Positions 37,315-47,276 of a stretch of 64,000 nucleotides of DNA are shown piece by piece. The translations under genes and the position numbers were made by a program. The notes beneath the pieces were generated by a model. It was not told where the DNA came from, made no database searches, and saw only the letters and a list, made by a program, of their open reading frames with translations. Origin of the DNA: an uncultured Gammaproteobacteria bacterium (GTDB lineage Bacteria; Pseudomonadota; Gammaproteobacteria; Chromatiales; Chromatiaceae); assembly GCA_963714915.1 (NCBI GenBank), contig CAVQQM010000008.1:23066-87065 (forward strand), written 5' to 3'. Within the stretch, counting starts at the first letter, position 1. The number at the start of each line of letters is the position of its first letter.

Positions 37315-39038
37315 CGCCCACCTCCCTTGCCCTTGAGCAGGGCCTCGGGGTGACGCTCCAGGTAGTCCGCCATCACCCGCAGGGAGCGGGCGGCGGCGCT
37401 GGCCTCCTGGAGCATTCGGGTGAGCTCGATATACATGGGTGAATTCTCGGTCACGATATTGCCCGCGCTCTTCAAGGTCTGGGTCGTTTGACGCAGGGTC
37501 TCGGACAACTCCGGCGCGATCTGCGTGTTGATCTGGTCCGCGGTGGCGCGCACCGAGGCGAGGGTCGCCTCCAGCTCGACGATCGCCGACTTCAGCTCGG
37601 GAGACCCGACCAGGTCGTTCGCCGCTGCCACCGCAGCGCCCGCGTCGACCCCGATCTGCTCCAGGGGCATGCCGTCGACCTTCGCCAGGATGTCGTTGAT
37701 CCGGTCGAGGGCGTCGGTGGCCTTGGTGGTCAGCGCCTCCAGCGGGGCCGGAACCGTGGGGAGGACCTCGTAGTTTCCGTAGTGCGCGATGATCTCCGGG
37801 CGGGCGTCGGGGTGAAAGTCCAGGTCCACGTAGAGCTGCCCGGTCACCAGACTGCCCGACTTGAGCTGACCGCGTAGACCACGGGCCACCAGGCGGTCGA
37901 TCGTATCGGCACTGGCGACCTCCCCGGCGTCGCCTTGGATGCCCACCCGCTCGGGCTCGATCTGGATCAGGACGGGGATATGGAACTCGAAATCGGCCAC
38001 GCTGAAGTTGAGCTGGATGTCGAGCACCTCGCCGACGCGGATCCCCCGCAGTAGGACCGGCGCCCCCACCGTCAACCCCCGCACCGAGCCCTTGAAGAAC
38101 ATCAAATAGCGCTCCTTGCGCTCGTAGGTCTTCTCGTTGGCCTTGTCGCGATTGGGATAGAGCGGGAAGACCCGGTTCGCCGCGGCGCGCTTGCCCTCCC
38201 CCTGGATGGTGTCCGGGGTGTCGAAGGAGACGCCGCCGATCAAGACCGACAGGATCGACTGGGTATCCACCTTCACCCCATCCGCCGAGAGCGAGAGGTC
38301 GATGCCGCTCGCGTTCCAGAACCGGGTGTCCTCGCGCACCCGGGTGTCGTGGGGGGCGGAGACGAAGATCTCCACATCCACGCTGCCCGCGTCTTGGGCG
38401 AGCTGGTAGCCGATCACCTGACCCACCTGGATCTGGCGGAAGTAGACCGGCGATCCAATGTTGAGTGAGCGCAGACTCGGGGCGCGAAGGACGAAGCGGG
38501 TACCGGCCTCGGCGGTGGTGAACAAGGGCGGCTCAGCGAGGCCCTCGAAATTCCGCGTCCCCCGCCCCTCGGCGACCGGATCCATGGCGATATAGGCGCC
38601 CGAGAGCAGGGTCTCGAGCCCGGTCACCTGGCTCGCGGTGATCCGCGGGCGCGCCACCCAGAAGCGGGTGTTCTCGGTGAGAAAGGCGGCGAAGTCCTGG
38701 CGCAGCTGGGCGGAGACGCGCACCGTCTTGAGGTCCGGGTTGACGTCGATGGCGGTCACCTGACCCACATCCACGTCCTTGAACTTGACCTTGGTCTTGC
38801 CGGCCTCGATCCCCGCGGCCGTCTTGAACTGGATCGAGACCACGGGTCCCTGTTCCGAGTAGGTCTTGTAAGCGAGCCAGCCACCGATCGCGATGGCCAC
38901 CAGGGGGATCAGCCAAACGATCGAGACCCGGCTGCGGCGGACCGCGATGGCCTCCGGCCCATCGTCATAGCCGCGCGACGGCGCCTGACTGGGCGGGCTC
39001 GCCTCCCTGCGATCGCCCGCCGCCTGGTTCTCTGACAT
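37311..39038 (-). CDS. pqiB: Intermembrane transport protein PqiB (3 MCE domains)
   Basis: WLIPLVA, GIEAGKTKVKFKDVDVG, TRFWVARP, GLETLLSGAYI, YLERHPEALLKG. Confidence 0.93.
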   Translation of the reverse strand: MSENQAAGDRREASPPSQAPSRGYDDGPEAIAVRRSRVSIVWLIPLVAIAIGGWLAYKTYSEQGPVVSIQFKTAAGIEAGKTKVKFKDVDVGQVTAIDVNPDLKTVRVSAQLRQDFAAFLTENTRFWVARPRITASQVTGLETLLSGAYIAMDPVAEGRGTRNFEGLAEPPLFTTAEAGTRFVLRAPSLRSLNIGSPVYFRQIQVGQVIGYQLAQDAGSVDVEIFVSAPHDTRVREDTRFWNASGIDLSLSADGVKVDTQSILSVLIGGVSFDTPDTIQGEGKRAAANRVFPLYPNRDKANEKTYERKERYLMFFKGSVRGLTVGAPVLLRGIRVGEVLDIQLNFSVADFEFHIPVLIQIEPERVGIQGDAGEVASADTIDRLVARGLRGQLKSGSLVTGQLYVDLDFHPDARPEIIAHYGNYEVLPTVPAPLEALTTKATDALDRINDILAKVDGMPLEQIGVDAGAAVAAANDLVGSPELKSAIVELEATLASVRATADQINTQIAPELSETLRQTTQTLKSAGNIVTENSPMYIELTRMLQEASAAARSLRVMADYLERHPEALLKGKGGGR

Positions 39039-40296
39039 CTAGCGGCTCCTGTTTGGGATCCTGATCGGGACCCAGGCGATCCCAGATCAATCTCGGATCA
39101 AACGACATGGCGGCCAGCATGGTGATGACCACCACCGCACAAAAGAAGATCGCACCCGCCTCGGCCTGGATGCTGGCCAGATTGCCCAGGCGCACAAGGG
39201 CGACCAGGATGGTCACCACGTAGACATCGACCATCGACCAGCGTCCGATCATCTCGGTGATCCGATACAGGCGCGTGCGCTCCCGCGGACGCCAGGTGGA
39301 GCGCAATTGGACCGACACCAGCAGGAAGACCAGGATCACGAGCTTCAGCAGCGGCACGAAGACACTGGCGACGAACACCACTAGGGCCAGCGGCCACATC
39401 CCGTGCGTGATCAGGAAGATGACGCCGCTCATGATGGTATCCGATTGGGTGCGCCCGAGCGACGTCACCGACATGATGGGTAGCAGATTGGCCGGCACAT
39501 AGAACACCATGGCGGCGATCACCAGGGCCCAGGTCCGCTGGAGGCTGTCGGGCTTGCGGTGGTGGAGGATATCGGTGCAGCGCGGGCAGCGCAGGCGACC
39601 CTCGTCCACGAGGGCCGCCTCGCGGGGAACCAGGAGCTCGCAGACATCGCAGCCGATGCGCTGCTCACCAGGCCGCAGCGGCCGGTTGACCTCGCGCCTG
39701 ACGGGTACCCGCGACCAGACCAGATCCGGGTCCAGGGCGGCCTGAGCGGCCGCCAACACGAAGATCAGCGCCACAAAGGCGAACAGCGAGGTCCCGGGGA
39801 CGATGGTCGCCATCTCCGCGAGCTTGACCACCGACACCAGGATGCCCACCAGAAAGACATCCATCATCCCCCAAGGCGCCAGGGTACGAACCATACGAAA
39901 GAGGCTCGGCAACCAACGCGGCATGCGATCCTGGGTCAGCGGAACCAGGATCGTGATGAGCAGCAAGAGCTGCATCCCGGGCGCAAGCACCGCGGTGAAG
40001 GCCACGACCGCCGCGATCTCCCATTTGCCCTGGGCATAGAGGTCTTTCACCCCGGTGAATAGGGTGGTCTCGGTCGCCTGCCCCTGCATCTCGAACGACA
40101 GGAAGGGGAAACTGTTGGCGACCGCGAAGAGCACCAGCCCGGCGATGGTGAGGGCCAGGGTCCGGTTTAGGCTGTCCGGGCGGTGACGATGCAGCACACA
40201 GCCGCAGCGCACACACGCGCTCGACCCGCCCGGCGGGATCGGCGGGTTACGCTGGATGAGGCCGCACTCGTGGCACTCCGTGAGTCGATCGTGCAC
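38965..40296 (-). CDS. pqiA: Paraquat-inducible protein A
   Basis: CHEC/CVRC and CDVC/CPRC pairs, PWGMMDVF, GRWSMVDVY, SFDPRLIW. The native start may be 40607 (see findings). Confidence 0.92.
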   Translation of the reverse strand: MHDRLTECHECGLIQRNPPIPPGGSSACVRCGCVLHRHRPDSLNRTLALTIAGLVLFAVANSFPFLSFEMQGQATETTLFTGVKDLYAQGKWEIAAVVAFTAVLAPGMQLLLLITILVPLTQDRMPRWLPSLFRMVRTLAPWGMMDVFLVGILVSVVKLAEMATIVPGTSLFAFVALIFVLAAAQAALDPDLVWSRVPVRREVNRPLRPGEQRIGCDVCELLVPREAALVDEGRLRCPRCTDILHHRKPDSLQRTWALVIAAMVFYVPANLLPIMSVTSLGRTQSDTIMSGVIFLITHGMWPLALVVFVASVFVPLLKLVILVFLLVSVQLRSTWRPRERTRLYRITEMIGRWSMVDVYVVTILVALVRLGNLASIQAEAGAIFFCAVVVITMLAAMSFDPRLIWDRLGPDQDPKQEPLDVREPGGGRSQGGEPAQSGAVARL

Positions 40297-40304
40297 TGGC
40301 TGCT

Positions 40305-40573
40305 AGTACCTCATGTCACCCAATTGTGCGTCCTCAGAGCCCCCCAAGCGACCCAAGCCAAGGCACGGACCGCGGGGAATAGTGGGTGCTATTTCCAAGG
40401 GCCGTAACGCCGGATTGGGGCGCTTGGGGGGCTCCCTTCGGGCGAGGCGAGAAGCGGCCATCTGCCGCGTTGGGCAAGCTCGAAATGGGACCCACCATTC
40501 CCGCGCTTGCCCGCCTTGCATCTGACCGCTTCTCGCCTCGCTGAGCACGCACAATTGGGTGACATGAGGTACT
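40305..40573. mobile_element. Non-autonomous MITE, 269 bp
   Basis: 33-bp terminal inverted repeats with one mismatch (agtacctcatgtcacccaattgtgcgtcctcag / ctgagcacgcacaattgggtgacatgaggtact); CTAG and CTGG at the ends; internal IR gagccccccaagcg/cgcttggggggctc; no transposase. Confidence 0.85.
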
Positions 40574-40806
40574 GGGACGGTTGCGCGACGGATCGCGGGT
40601 GGGTCATGTTAGGCGATGCCAGGGCGCGCTGCCTCAACCCCGGCACACCTGAGCGTCACCAGGATGCCCCGAAGGGCCAGGGGCTTGGCGCGTGCCGACG
40701 CGCAGGACCAAAACGGGACGGGGCTAGCCGGGTGATGAGCGATCCGGCCATGGCGGACCGAGGCATCCCCCGCTACCCTTGCCCCCTGATCCTGACGGCT
40801 CACATC

Positions 40807-41259
40807 ATGACTCGCATCGACTTCTATACCCTGGAGCCCGACAGCCCGGGCGACCGCCTGTTGCTCGCCTGCCGGCTCTGCGAGCGCATCCGCTCCGAGG
40901 GACTGCGGATCCTCGTGCACTGCCCCGACGCCGGAATCGCCCGCCAGCTCGATCGACTCCTCTGGACCTTCCGCGACGACGCCTTCCTCCCCCACGGGAT
41001 CCTGGGGCCGGACACGGCGACCATCGATCCCGTGCTGACCCCCATCCTGATCAGCCCTGATGGGCAGCCCGAGGCCGAGGACCAAGCATTGATCAATCTC
41101 GGCACCGAGGTCCCCACCTTCTTCAGCCGATTCCAACGGGTCTGCGAGCCCATCGACCAGGACCCCGAGGGCCGCGCGGCCGGCCGCGAGCGCTTCTGCT
41201 GGTATCGGGATCGCGGCTATCCGCTGGAGCACCATGCGATCCGCTTGAACGCTGGTTGA
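40807..41259 (+). CDS. holC: DNA polymerase III subunit chi
   Basis: MTRIDFY, ACRL, LDRLLWTFRDDAFLPH, GRERFCWYRDRGY. Confidence 0.93.
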   Translation: MTRIDFYTLEPDSPGDRLLLACRLCERIRSEGLRILVHCPDAGIARQLDRLLWTFRDDAFLPHGILGPDTATIDPVLTPILISPDGQPEAEDQALINLGTEVPTFFSRFQRVCEPIDQDPEGRAAGRERFCWYRDRGYPLEHHAIRLNAG

Positions 41260-41413
41260 GCCGGTGGGCGGCCGTTCCCGGATCTTGCCCCGCGCCGCGC
41301 GGAATCAACCTGGGCCTTGACCCACTCGCAAGCTTGGCTATAGTCGGTACTGCGCGCTTTCTCTTATGTGCGCATAAAAAATTATGATCTACCGACCCAG
41401 GAGCCATGGAGCC

Positions 41414-41758
41414 ATGACCCAGACCACCCTTCAGGACCTCGCCACTGGTAACAAGCGGCAACTCCCACTCGATGAGGACGGATTCGTGATGGATCCGGCC
41501 CTCTGGAATCAGGGCATGGCCCGCGTCATCGCCAAGTTGGACGACATCGGCCCCCTGACGCCGGCGCATTGGTCGGTGATCTATTACCTGCGCGAGCACC
41601 GGCTCACCTATGGGGCCATCCCGCCCATGTCCCAGGTCTGCCGGGCCCATGGCATGGACCGTCAGGCGGTGCGCCGGCTGTTCGGGTCCTGCCGGGTGGC
41701 CTGGCGGATCGCCGGCCTGCCGAACCCTGGAGAAGAGGCCCTGAGCTATATGAGCTGA
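41414..41758 (+). CDS. DsrC/TusE family protein lacking the C-terminal cysteine (RspA-like)
   Basis: LDEDGFVMDPALW, LTPAHWSVIYYLRE; ends AWRIAGLPNPGEEALSYMS. Confidence 0.85.
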   Translation: MTQTTLQDLATGNKRQLPLDEDGFVMDPALWNQGMARVIAKLDDIGPLTPAHWSVIYYLREHRLTYGAIPPMSQVCRAHGMDRQAVRRLFGSCRVAWRIAGLPNPGEEALSYMS

Positions 41759-41814
41759 ACCCTCGCGGCAGGCGCCATCGCATCGATCCCGCCGCGCGGG
41801 GCCCGGCGATCGCC

Positions 41815-42087
41815 TCAGGGTCCGGCCGAATCCTTCACCGACCGCTGCACCGTCTCGTGATCCTTCGAGGTGCCAGTCTCGAGCGCGGACACGGGTGGAT
41901 CCGGTTCATCGTCTGGTTCGGCGTCGGGGATTCGGCGGGGATCCACGGCGTCCTCGTCCATGAGGATGCGCCGGGCGTCACCCTCGAGATCGTCGAACTG
42001 CCCGCTCCGGGCGGCCCAGAATAGGACGCCCACGGCAGCGAGGCCGAGGAGCAGCATGCCGGGTATGAGTCCGTAGATGACTTCCAT
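41815..42087 (-). CDS. ccoS: cbb3-type oxidase assembly protein CcoS
   Basis: MEVIYGLIP...FWAARSGQFDDLEG. Confidence 0.92.
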   Translation of the reverse strand: MEVIYGLIPGMLLLGLAAVGVLFWAARSGQFDDLEGDARRILMDEDAVDPRRIPDAEPDDEPDPPVSALETGTSKDHETVQRSVKDSAGP

Positions 42088-42158
42088 CCGATTGTCCTGG
42101 GCGGCCTGGATGCACCGCCCCGTTTGGAGGGGTGAGCAGGTGCTCTCTCGAGGGCCGG

Positions 42159-44750
42159 TCAGCCGGCCGGATCGGGACGGCCCACCTGGACCTTGCGACC
42201 GACGCGAATGCGCGCCGAGTTGCCGATCACCGCCAGGGAGCTGATCGGCATGGCGATGGCGGCGATCAGCGGTGTGATGAGGGCGGCCATCGCCAGCGGG
42301 ACCATGACCAGATTGTATGCAATGGAGATCCCGATGTTCTGGCGGATCGTCCTCAGGGTGTCCCGCGACAGCTCGATCGCCTCTTCGACCCGATCGAGGT
42401 CGTTGGACATGAGCACGATGTCGGCGCTGGCGATCGACACATCGGTCCCACTGCCCATGGCGATCCCCACGTCGGCGCGCACCAGGGCCGGCGCGTCGTT
42501 GACTCCGTCCCCCACCATCGCCACCCGATGCCCGCCGTGCTGCAGATCGGCGACCACCCGATCCTTGTCCTCGGGCAGCACCTCGGCGATGACCTCGACG
42601 CCGCCCAGGGCGGCGGCCACCTGCTCGGCGCTCTCGCGCCGATCTCCCGTGAGCAGGGTGACCCTGATCCCCTGAGCACCCAGCCGCTCGACCAGATCAC
42701 GCGCCCCGGCGCGCAGCCGATCCTGGGTCGCGAGCACCAGCACCGCCCGGCCGTCGACGGCGCAATGGATCAGACCCTCTCCCCCGCCCTGGGCCAGGCC
42801 TGGCGGCATCTCCGTGGGCGCATCGGTGGCGATCCCCTGACGGACCAGCCACCCATGGCTACCGACCACGACCGGGGTCCCCTCGACCCGCCCCCTGATG
42901 CCGAACCCCGGCTCCACCTCCACGCCTGCGACGCGCGGGCGCTCGCCGGCGATGCCGGCGCGCCGACACAGGTCGAGCACGGCACCCGCCGCGGGATGCT
43001 CCGACATGCCCTCGAGGGCCCCGATCACGCGCAGGGCCTCGGCGACCCCGGTGGGGACCTCCACCGGGTCCGATTGATCGACGACCCGCCAGTCCTCCCC
43101 CGCGCCCCGCCAGGCGGTGACCACCGGGCGACCCTCGGTCAGGGTGCCCGTCTTGTCGAAAACCACATGAGCGATCCCGGAGAGACGCTCCAGAACCGCC
43201 CCGTTCTTGACCAGGATCCCCCGCGCGGCGCCCCGTCCGGAGGCCACGGCGATGGCCATGGGTGTCGCCATGCCGAAGGCGCAGGGGCAGGTGATGATCA
43301 GGACCGAGGTGGCCGCCATCAAGGCGATCTCGAAGCCGGTGCCGATCCAGATGAGGAAGGTCAGGGTGGCGAGGGTCAGGGTGATGGCGACGAACCAGGG
43401 TACCACCCGGTCCGCGAGCCGCTGAATGGGCGCCCGACTCGACTGGGCGTCCTCGACCAGGCGGATGATGCGACCCAGGGCGGTATCCCGCAGCGTCGCC
43501 GTGGCCCGTACCCGCAGGACACCGACACCGTTGATGGTCCCGGCGCTCACCAGCTCTCCGACCGAGCGGCTCACCCGGCGCGATTCGCCGGTGAGCATGG
43601 ATTCGTCGAGCCGGGAGCGGCCGTCGATGATCTCGCCATCCACCGGGACCCGCTCGCCAGGACGGATCAGGACCGTCTCCCCCAAGGCTACCGAGCGCAC
43701 GGGGACGACCTGCTCCCCATCGGCGTGGATGACCGTGGCGACCCGGGGTTGCAGGTCGAAGAGCCGCTGAGTTGCCGCAACCGCCTCGCGCTTGGAGAGG
43801 GATTCCAGGTAGCGCCCGACCAGGATCACGAACAGGAAGTTGACCACCGTGTCCCAGTAGACCTCCCCTACCTGGGAGCCGGTGACCGTCACGAACAGCG
43901 AATACAGATAGGTGATGCTCGCCCCGATGGCGATCGGCAGGTCCATGCCGAGCTGACCGCCCCGCAGGGCGGTCCAGGCCCCCCGAAAGAAGGGCTGGCC
44001 GGAATACAGCAGGGTCGGCGTGGCGAGCATGAAGCCCACCCAGTGGAACAGGCCGCGGAACTCACCCCGATCGGCCCCCGCGTAGAGCGCGATCGAGATC
44101 CACATCAGGTTCATCGCGGCGAAGCCGGCGAAGGCGAGCCGATAGAGCATCGCCCGGTTCTGACGCCGCAGACCGCCCTCCGCGGACTCGGGGTCAAAGG
44201 GTACCGCCGCGTAGCCGATGTCACCCAGACGCCCGAGGATCCGCGAGAGGTTCAGGCGGGAGTTGTCCCAGCGCACCTTGAGACGCCGCCCCGTGAGGTT
44301 CACGCGCGCCTCTTCCACCCCGGGCAGGGCCTTCACCCCGTTCTCGATCAGCCACACACAGGCCGCGCAGTGGATGCCCTCCACCAGGAGGTTGATCTCG
44401 CGCTCGCAACGGGTGGTATCGACGAACTCCTCCTGGACTGCGTCGAGATCGAAGAAGGCCAGGTTCTTGGGCAGCTCGGGGGGCGGCCCGAGGGGCTCAC
44501 CCTCGGGGGTGCGTCGATAGAAGCCCTCGAGGCCCGCGGCATGGATGGCCTCGCAAACCGACTTGCAGCCGATACAGCAGAAGTCGCGCTCACCGCCGGC
44601 GACGGTCGCGCGCACGCGCGCCTCCCCGTCCACGGGAAGGCCGCAGTGGAAGCAAGACGTGATGGCCGCCGTCTCGGATTGGGCGGGCGGGCTCGCGCGT
44701 GGATCCGTCAGGGGTCGAGCCGAACCCCCGGCGGAGACGGACTGGCCCAT
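42159..44750 (-). CDS. ccoI: Copper P1B-type ATPase CcoI/FixI
   Basis: CFHC/FCCIGC N-terminus, GIHCAAC HMA domain, TGES, CPC, DKTGT, GDGVNDAP; cco context. Confidence 0.93.
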   Translation of the reverse strand: MGQSVSAGGSARPLTDPRASPPAQSETAAITSCFHCGLPVDGEARVRATVAGGERDFCCIGCKSVCEAIHAAGLEGFYRRTPEGEPLGPPPELPKNLAFFDLDAVQEEFVDTTRCEREINLLVEGIHCAACVWLIENGVKALPGVEEARVNLTGRRLKVRWDNSRLNLSRILGRLGDIGYAAVPFDPESAEGGLRRQNRAMLYRLAFAGFAAMNLMWISIALYAGADRGEFRGLFHWVGFMLATPTLLYSGQPFFRGAWTALRGGQLGMDLPIAIGASITYLYSLFVTVTGSQVGEVYWDTVVNFLFVILVGRYLESLSKREAVAATQRLFDLQPRVATVIHADGEQVVPVRSVALGETVLIRPGERVPVDGEIIDGRSRLDESMLTGESRRVSRSVGELVSAGTINGVGVLRVRATATLRDTALGRIIRLVEDAQSSRAPIQRLADRVVPWFVAITLTLATLTFLIWIGTGFEIALMAATSVLIITCPCAFGMATPMAIAVASGRGAARGILVKNGAVLERLSGIAHVVFDKTGTLTEGRPVVTAWRGAGEDWRVVDQSDPVEVPTGVAEALRVIGALEGMSEHPAAGAVLDLCRRAGIAGERPRVAGVEVEPGFGIRGRVEGTPVVVGSHGWLVRQGIATDAPTEMPPGLAQGGGEGLIHCAVDGRAVLVLATQDRLRAGARDLVERLGAQGIRVTLLTGDRRESAEQVAAALGGVEVIAEVLPEDKDRVVADLQHGGHRVAMVGDGVNDAPALVRADVGIAMGSGTDVSIASADIVLMSNDLDRVEEAIELSRDTLRTIRQNIGISIAYNLVMVPLAMAALITPLIAAIAMPISSLAVIGNSARIRVGRKVQVGRPDPAG

Positions 44751-44754
44751 GGGC

Positions 44755-45276
44755 TCAGGGGCGGGCCACGATGATCCGGTCGCCGGAGGTGTACTCCTCG
44801 TCGCCGCTGGTCACGGCGACCAGCCCGTCCCAGAAACCGTACAGGGGGAAGCTCACCGTCGCCGCATAGCGGCCCTTGCCCTCCTCCACCATCACCGTCG
44901 AGAAGTCCATGGACTTGTCCGAAGGCCTATAGGCGTAGAAGGTGACCGCATCAGGGGTCACGGGCTGTCCCGCCTTATCGACGAGGAAGACCCGCACGGT
45001 GGTGGGATCGTTCACCAGAATCTCACGCGGGAAATCCGGTCGCATGGTCCAGCCCGGATCCCTCGCCAACCGGGTCGCCAGGGTGTTCTCGTAGTCCTGG
45101 CCACGCTCGTAGAAGTCATCATTCACCAGGCCGGGGTTCGTCGAGATGGCGAGATAGACCATGGTGAGGTTCACCCCCAGCACGACGACCACCAGTCCGA
45201 GCCAGCCGATGACCCAAGGGCTGCGCCAGGCGCTGACGGTGGTGGTGTTGGGTGCTGATTGTGTCGGTTGGGGCAT
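44755..45276 (-). CDS. ccoH: FixH/CcoH family protein
   Basis: WRSPWV TM anchor, GLVNDDFYERG, YRPSD; lies between ccoG and ccoI. Confidence 0.85.
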   Translation of the reverse strand: MPQPTQSAPNTTTVSAWRSPWVIGWLGLVVVVLGVNLTMVYLAISTNPGLVNDDFYERGQDYENTLATRLARDPGWTMRPDFPREILVNDPTTVRVFLVDKAGQPVTPDAVTFYAYRPSDKSMDFSTVMVEEGKGRYAATVSFPLYGFWDGLVAVTSGDEEYTSGDRIIVARP

Positions 45277-45371
45277 GGCTCTCTCTGTTGCATCGGCCGG
45301 CGACCAGGTCGCCTGTCAAACGGCGAGCGGGCGGCACCGGGCCGCCCGCGAACGGCTCAATCCTATCAAGA

Positions 45372-46799
45372 TCAGCGTCGCGGCCCGATGAACACGCTGT
45401 CACGTTCGGAGGCCACGATCTCCCCATTAGGCCTCACCCCCTCCACCCGGAAGGTGATGGGGGTCTGCTGCTCGCTCAGGTTCTTCTTGGGCACCTTGAC
45501 GAAGACCATGGCCGGGGTGACCCCCCCGTTCTGGATGCTCACCGGCTCATCGGCCCCGACGAGGGTGAGCCCCTCGGGCCCGCGCGCGCTGATGGTGACC
45601 TCCAGGTCATCGGGCATCTTGTTGAGCATCTTCAGGGTGTATTTGTTCTGGAGGGAGCCGTCCTTGAGGGTCACGAACAAGGGCGCCCGCTCGTGCAGGA
45701 CCTTGAGGTCGATGGCGTCGAGTGACGACATGCCATAGAGGATGCCGGATAGGGCCACGCCCAGGATGGTCGTATAGACCCACACCCTCGGCCGCAGTAG
45801 GAGCGACTTCGTGTGCTTGCCCTCCAGGTCGTCGAGGGAGGCATAGCGCACCAGACCCCTGGGCCGCCCGACCTTGTCCATCACCTCGTCGCAGGCGTCG
45901 ATGCAGAGCGCGCAGGTGATGCAACCCTCCTGCTGACCCTGGCGGATATCGATACCGGTTGGGCAGACCGCGACGCACTGCTTGCAGTCGATGCAGTCAC
46001 CCGTGGAGCGGTCGGCCTCGGATTCGCCCTTCTTGATCCGCCCGCGTGGCTCCCCGCGGGCCACGTCATAGGTCGGCACCACGGTGGTCTTGTCGAGCAT
46101 CACGCCCTGGATGCGGGCGTAGGGACACAGCCAGAAGCAGGCCTGCTCGCGCAGGAAACCCGCCAGGACATAGGTGCCGACGGTGAAGAGGGTCACCGTG
46201 GCATAGACCGCGGCGTTGGACTGACCGGTGAAGAACTCCCGCCACAGGGTCGGCGCATCGTTGAACCAGGCGACGAAGCTGAATCCGGTCGCGAACCCGA
46301 TCACCACCCAAATTGCATGCTTGGAGACCTTGATGCCAAGCTTCGAGGCGCTCATCGGCGCTTTGTCCAGCTTGCGCCGCTGGGGCGGCGTGCCCTCGAG
46401 CTTCTCCTCGATCCAGGTGAAGACGTCCGTCCAGACGGTCTGGAAGCAGAAGAAACCGCACCACACCCGGCCCACCAGGGCCGTCGATACGGCCAGCAGT
46501 ATGGCGAAGAACAACAGCAGCAGGGACAGCATCCAGAAGTCCTGCGGGAGGATGGTGACCCCGAAGAGGTGATACTGGCGGCTGGGGATATCGAAGAGCA
46601 CCGCCTGTCTCCCGTCCCAACGCAGGTAGGGGCCCAGGAAGAAGATCAGCCAAACCGCTGCCGTAAGCCACTTGATGGTGCGCCAACGACCGCCGATCCG
46701 CTTCGCGTGGATGGTCTCGCCGCCGGTGTTGACGTGCCAATGCACGGATTCGTCGTACAGCGAGTCGACGGCGGTCTGGTTGCGAATGGGTTCGTTCAT
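45372..46799 (-). CDS. ccoG: Cytochrome c oxidase accessory protein CcoG
   Basis: GRVWCGFFC, CFWLCPY, CIDCKQCVAVCP, CITCALCIDAC. Confidence 0.95.
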   Translation of the reverse strand: MNEPIRNQTAVDSLYDESVHWHVNTGGETIHAKRIGGRWRTIKWLTAAVWLIFFLGPYLRWDGRQAVLFDIPSRQYHLFGVTILPQDFWMLSLLLLFFAILLAVSTALVGRVWCGFFCFQTVWTDVFTWIEEKLEGTPPQRRKLDKAPMSASKLGIKVSKHAIWVVIGFATGFSFVAWFNDAPTLWREFFTGQSNAAVYATVTLFTVGTYVLAGFLREQACFWLCPYARIQGVMLDKTTVVPTYDVARGEPRGRIKKGESEADRSTGDCIDCKQCVAVCPTGIDIRQGQQEGCITCALCIDACDEVMDKVGRPRGLVRYASLDDLEGKHTKSLLLRPRVWVYTTILGVALSGILYGMSSLDAIDLKVLHERAPLFVTLKDGSLQNKYTLKMLNKMPDDLEVTISARGPEGLTLVGADEPVSIQNGGVTPAMVFVKVPKKNLSEQQTPITFRVEGVRPNGEIVASERDSVFIGPRR

Positions 46800-46953
46800 G
46801 TTCAATGGCGTCCTCCGCGGGGATGGCGCTGGGGTCGGTGGCGCAAGAGATCCCTGCCGATCCGGCAAAACGGGAAATCTACGGTCGCGCGCGCCCCCGC
46901 GGCCATGCGGATTCGCAAATTTTAGCGATTGATTTCACGGGCTTTACTGGCAC

Positions 46954-46980
46954 AAAAAAAGGGGGATCTTCGATCCCCCT
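46954..46980 (-). terminator. Rho-independent terminator after ccoNOQP and the small ORF
   Basis: Minus strand agggggatc-gaa-gatccccc followed by T7. Confidence 0.85.
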
Positions 46981-47007
46981 CCCCGCGTCTCGGGTCTCGG
47001 CCGCCCG

Positions 47008-47190
47008 TCAATGGGGCTGGTTCTTGTGCGCCTCGGCGTCCTGCTTGATCAAGGCCGAGACCTTGAAGTACAGGAACACGATGATGACCACCGCAATGAC
47101 CACCATCAGGATGGACATCCAGGCCACCGGGTCCCAATTCATGAAGTTGGTGAAGACACCCTTTGCGGCCGGTACGGCTGTGGGCTCCAT
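47008..47190 (-). CDS. Small single-TM protein in the cco operon (DUF3149-like)
   Basis: 60 aa, DPVAWMSILMVVIAVVIIVFLYFK; purine-rich RBS; lies inside the terminated ccoNOQP unit. Confidence 0.65.
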   Translation of the reverse strand: MEPTAVPAAKGVFTNFMNWDPVAWMSILMVVIAVVIIVFLYFKVSALIKQDAEAHKNQPH

Positions 47191-47276
47191 GAGCTCCCCC
47201 TCTCTGTCTCAAATTCTGATTCGTCCAGCCGGCAGGCCCCCGCGGGGCCTACCGACTCACCTTCCCCAGGCGGGGG

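Noticed and set aside
46929-46942. FNR site upstream of ccoG
   Set aside because: Only the TTGAT half-site is present.
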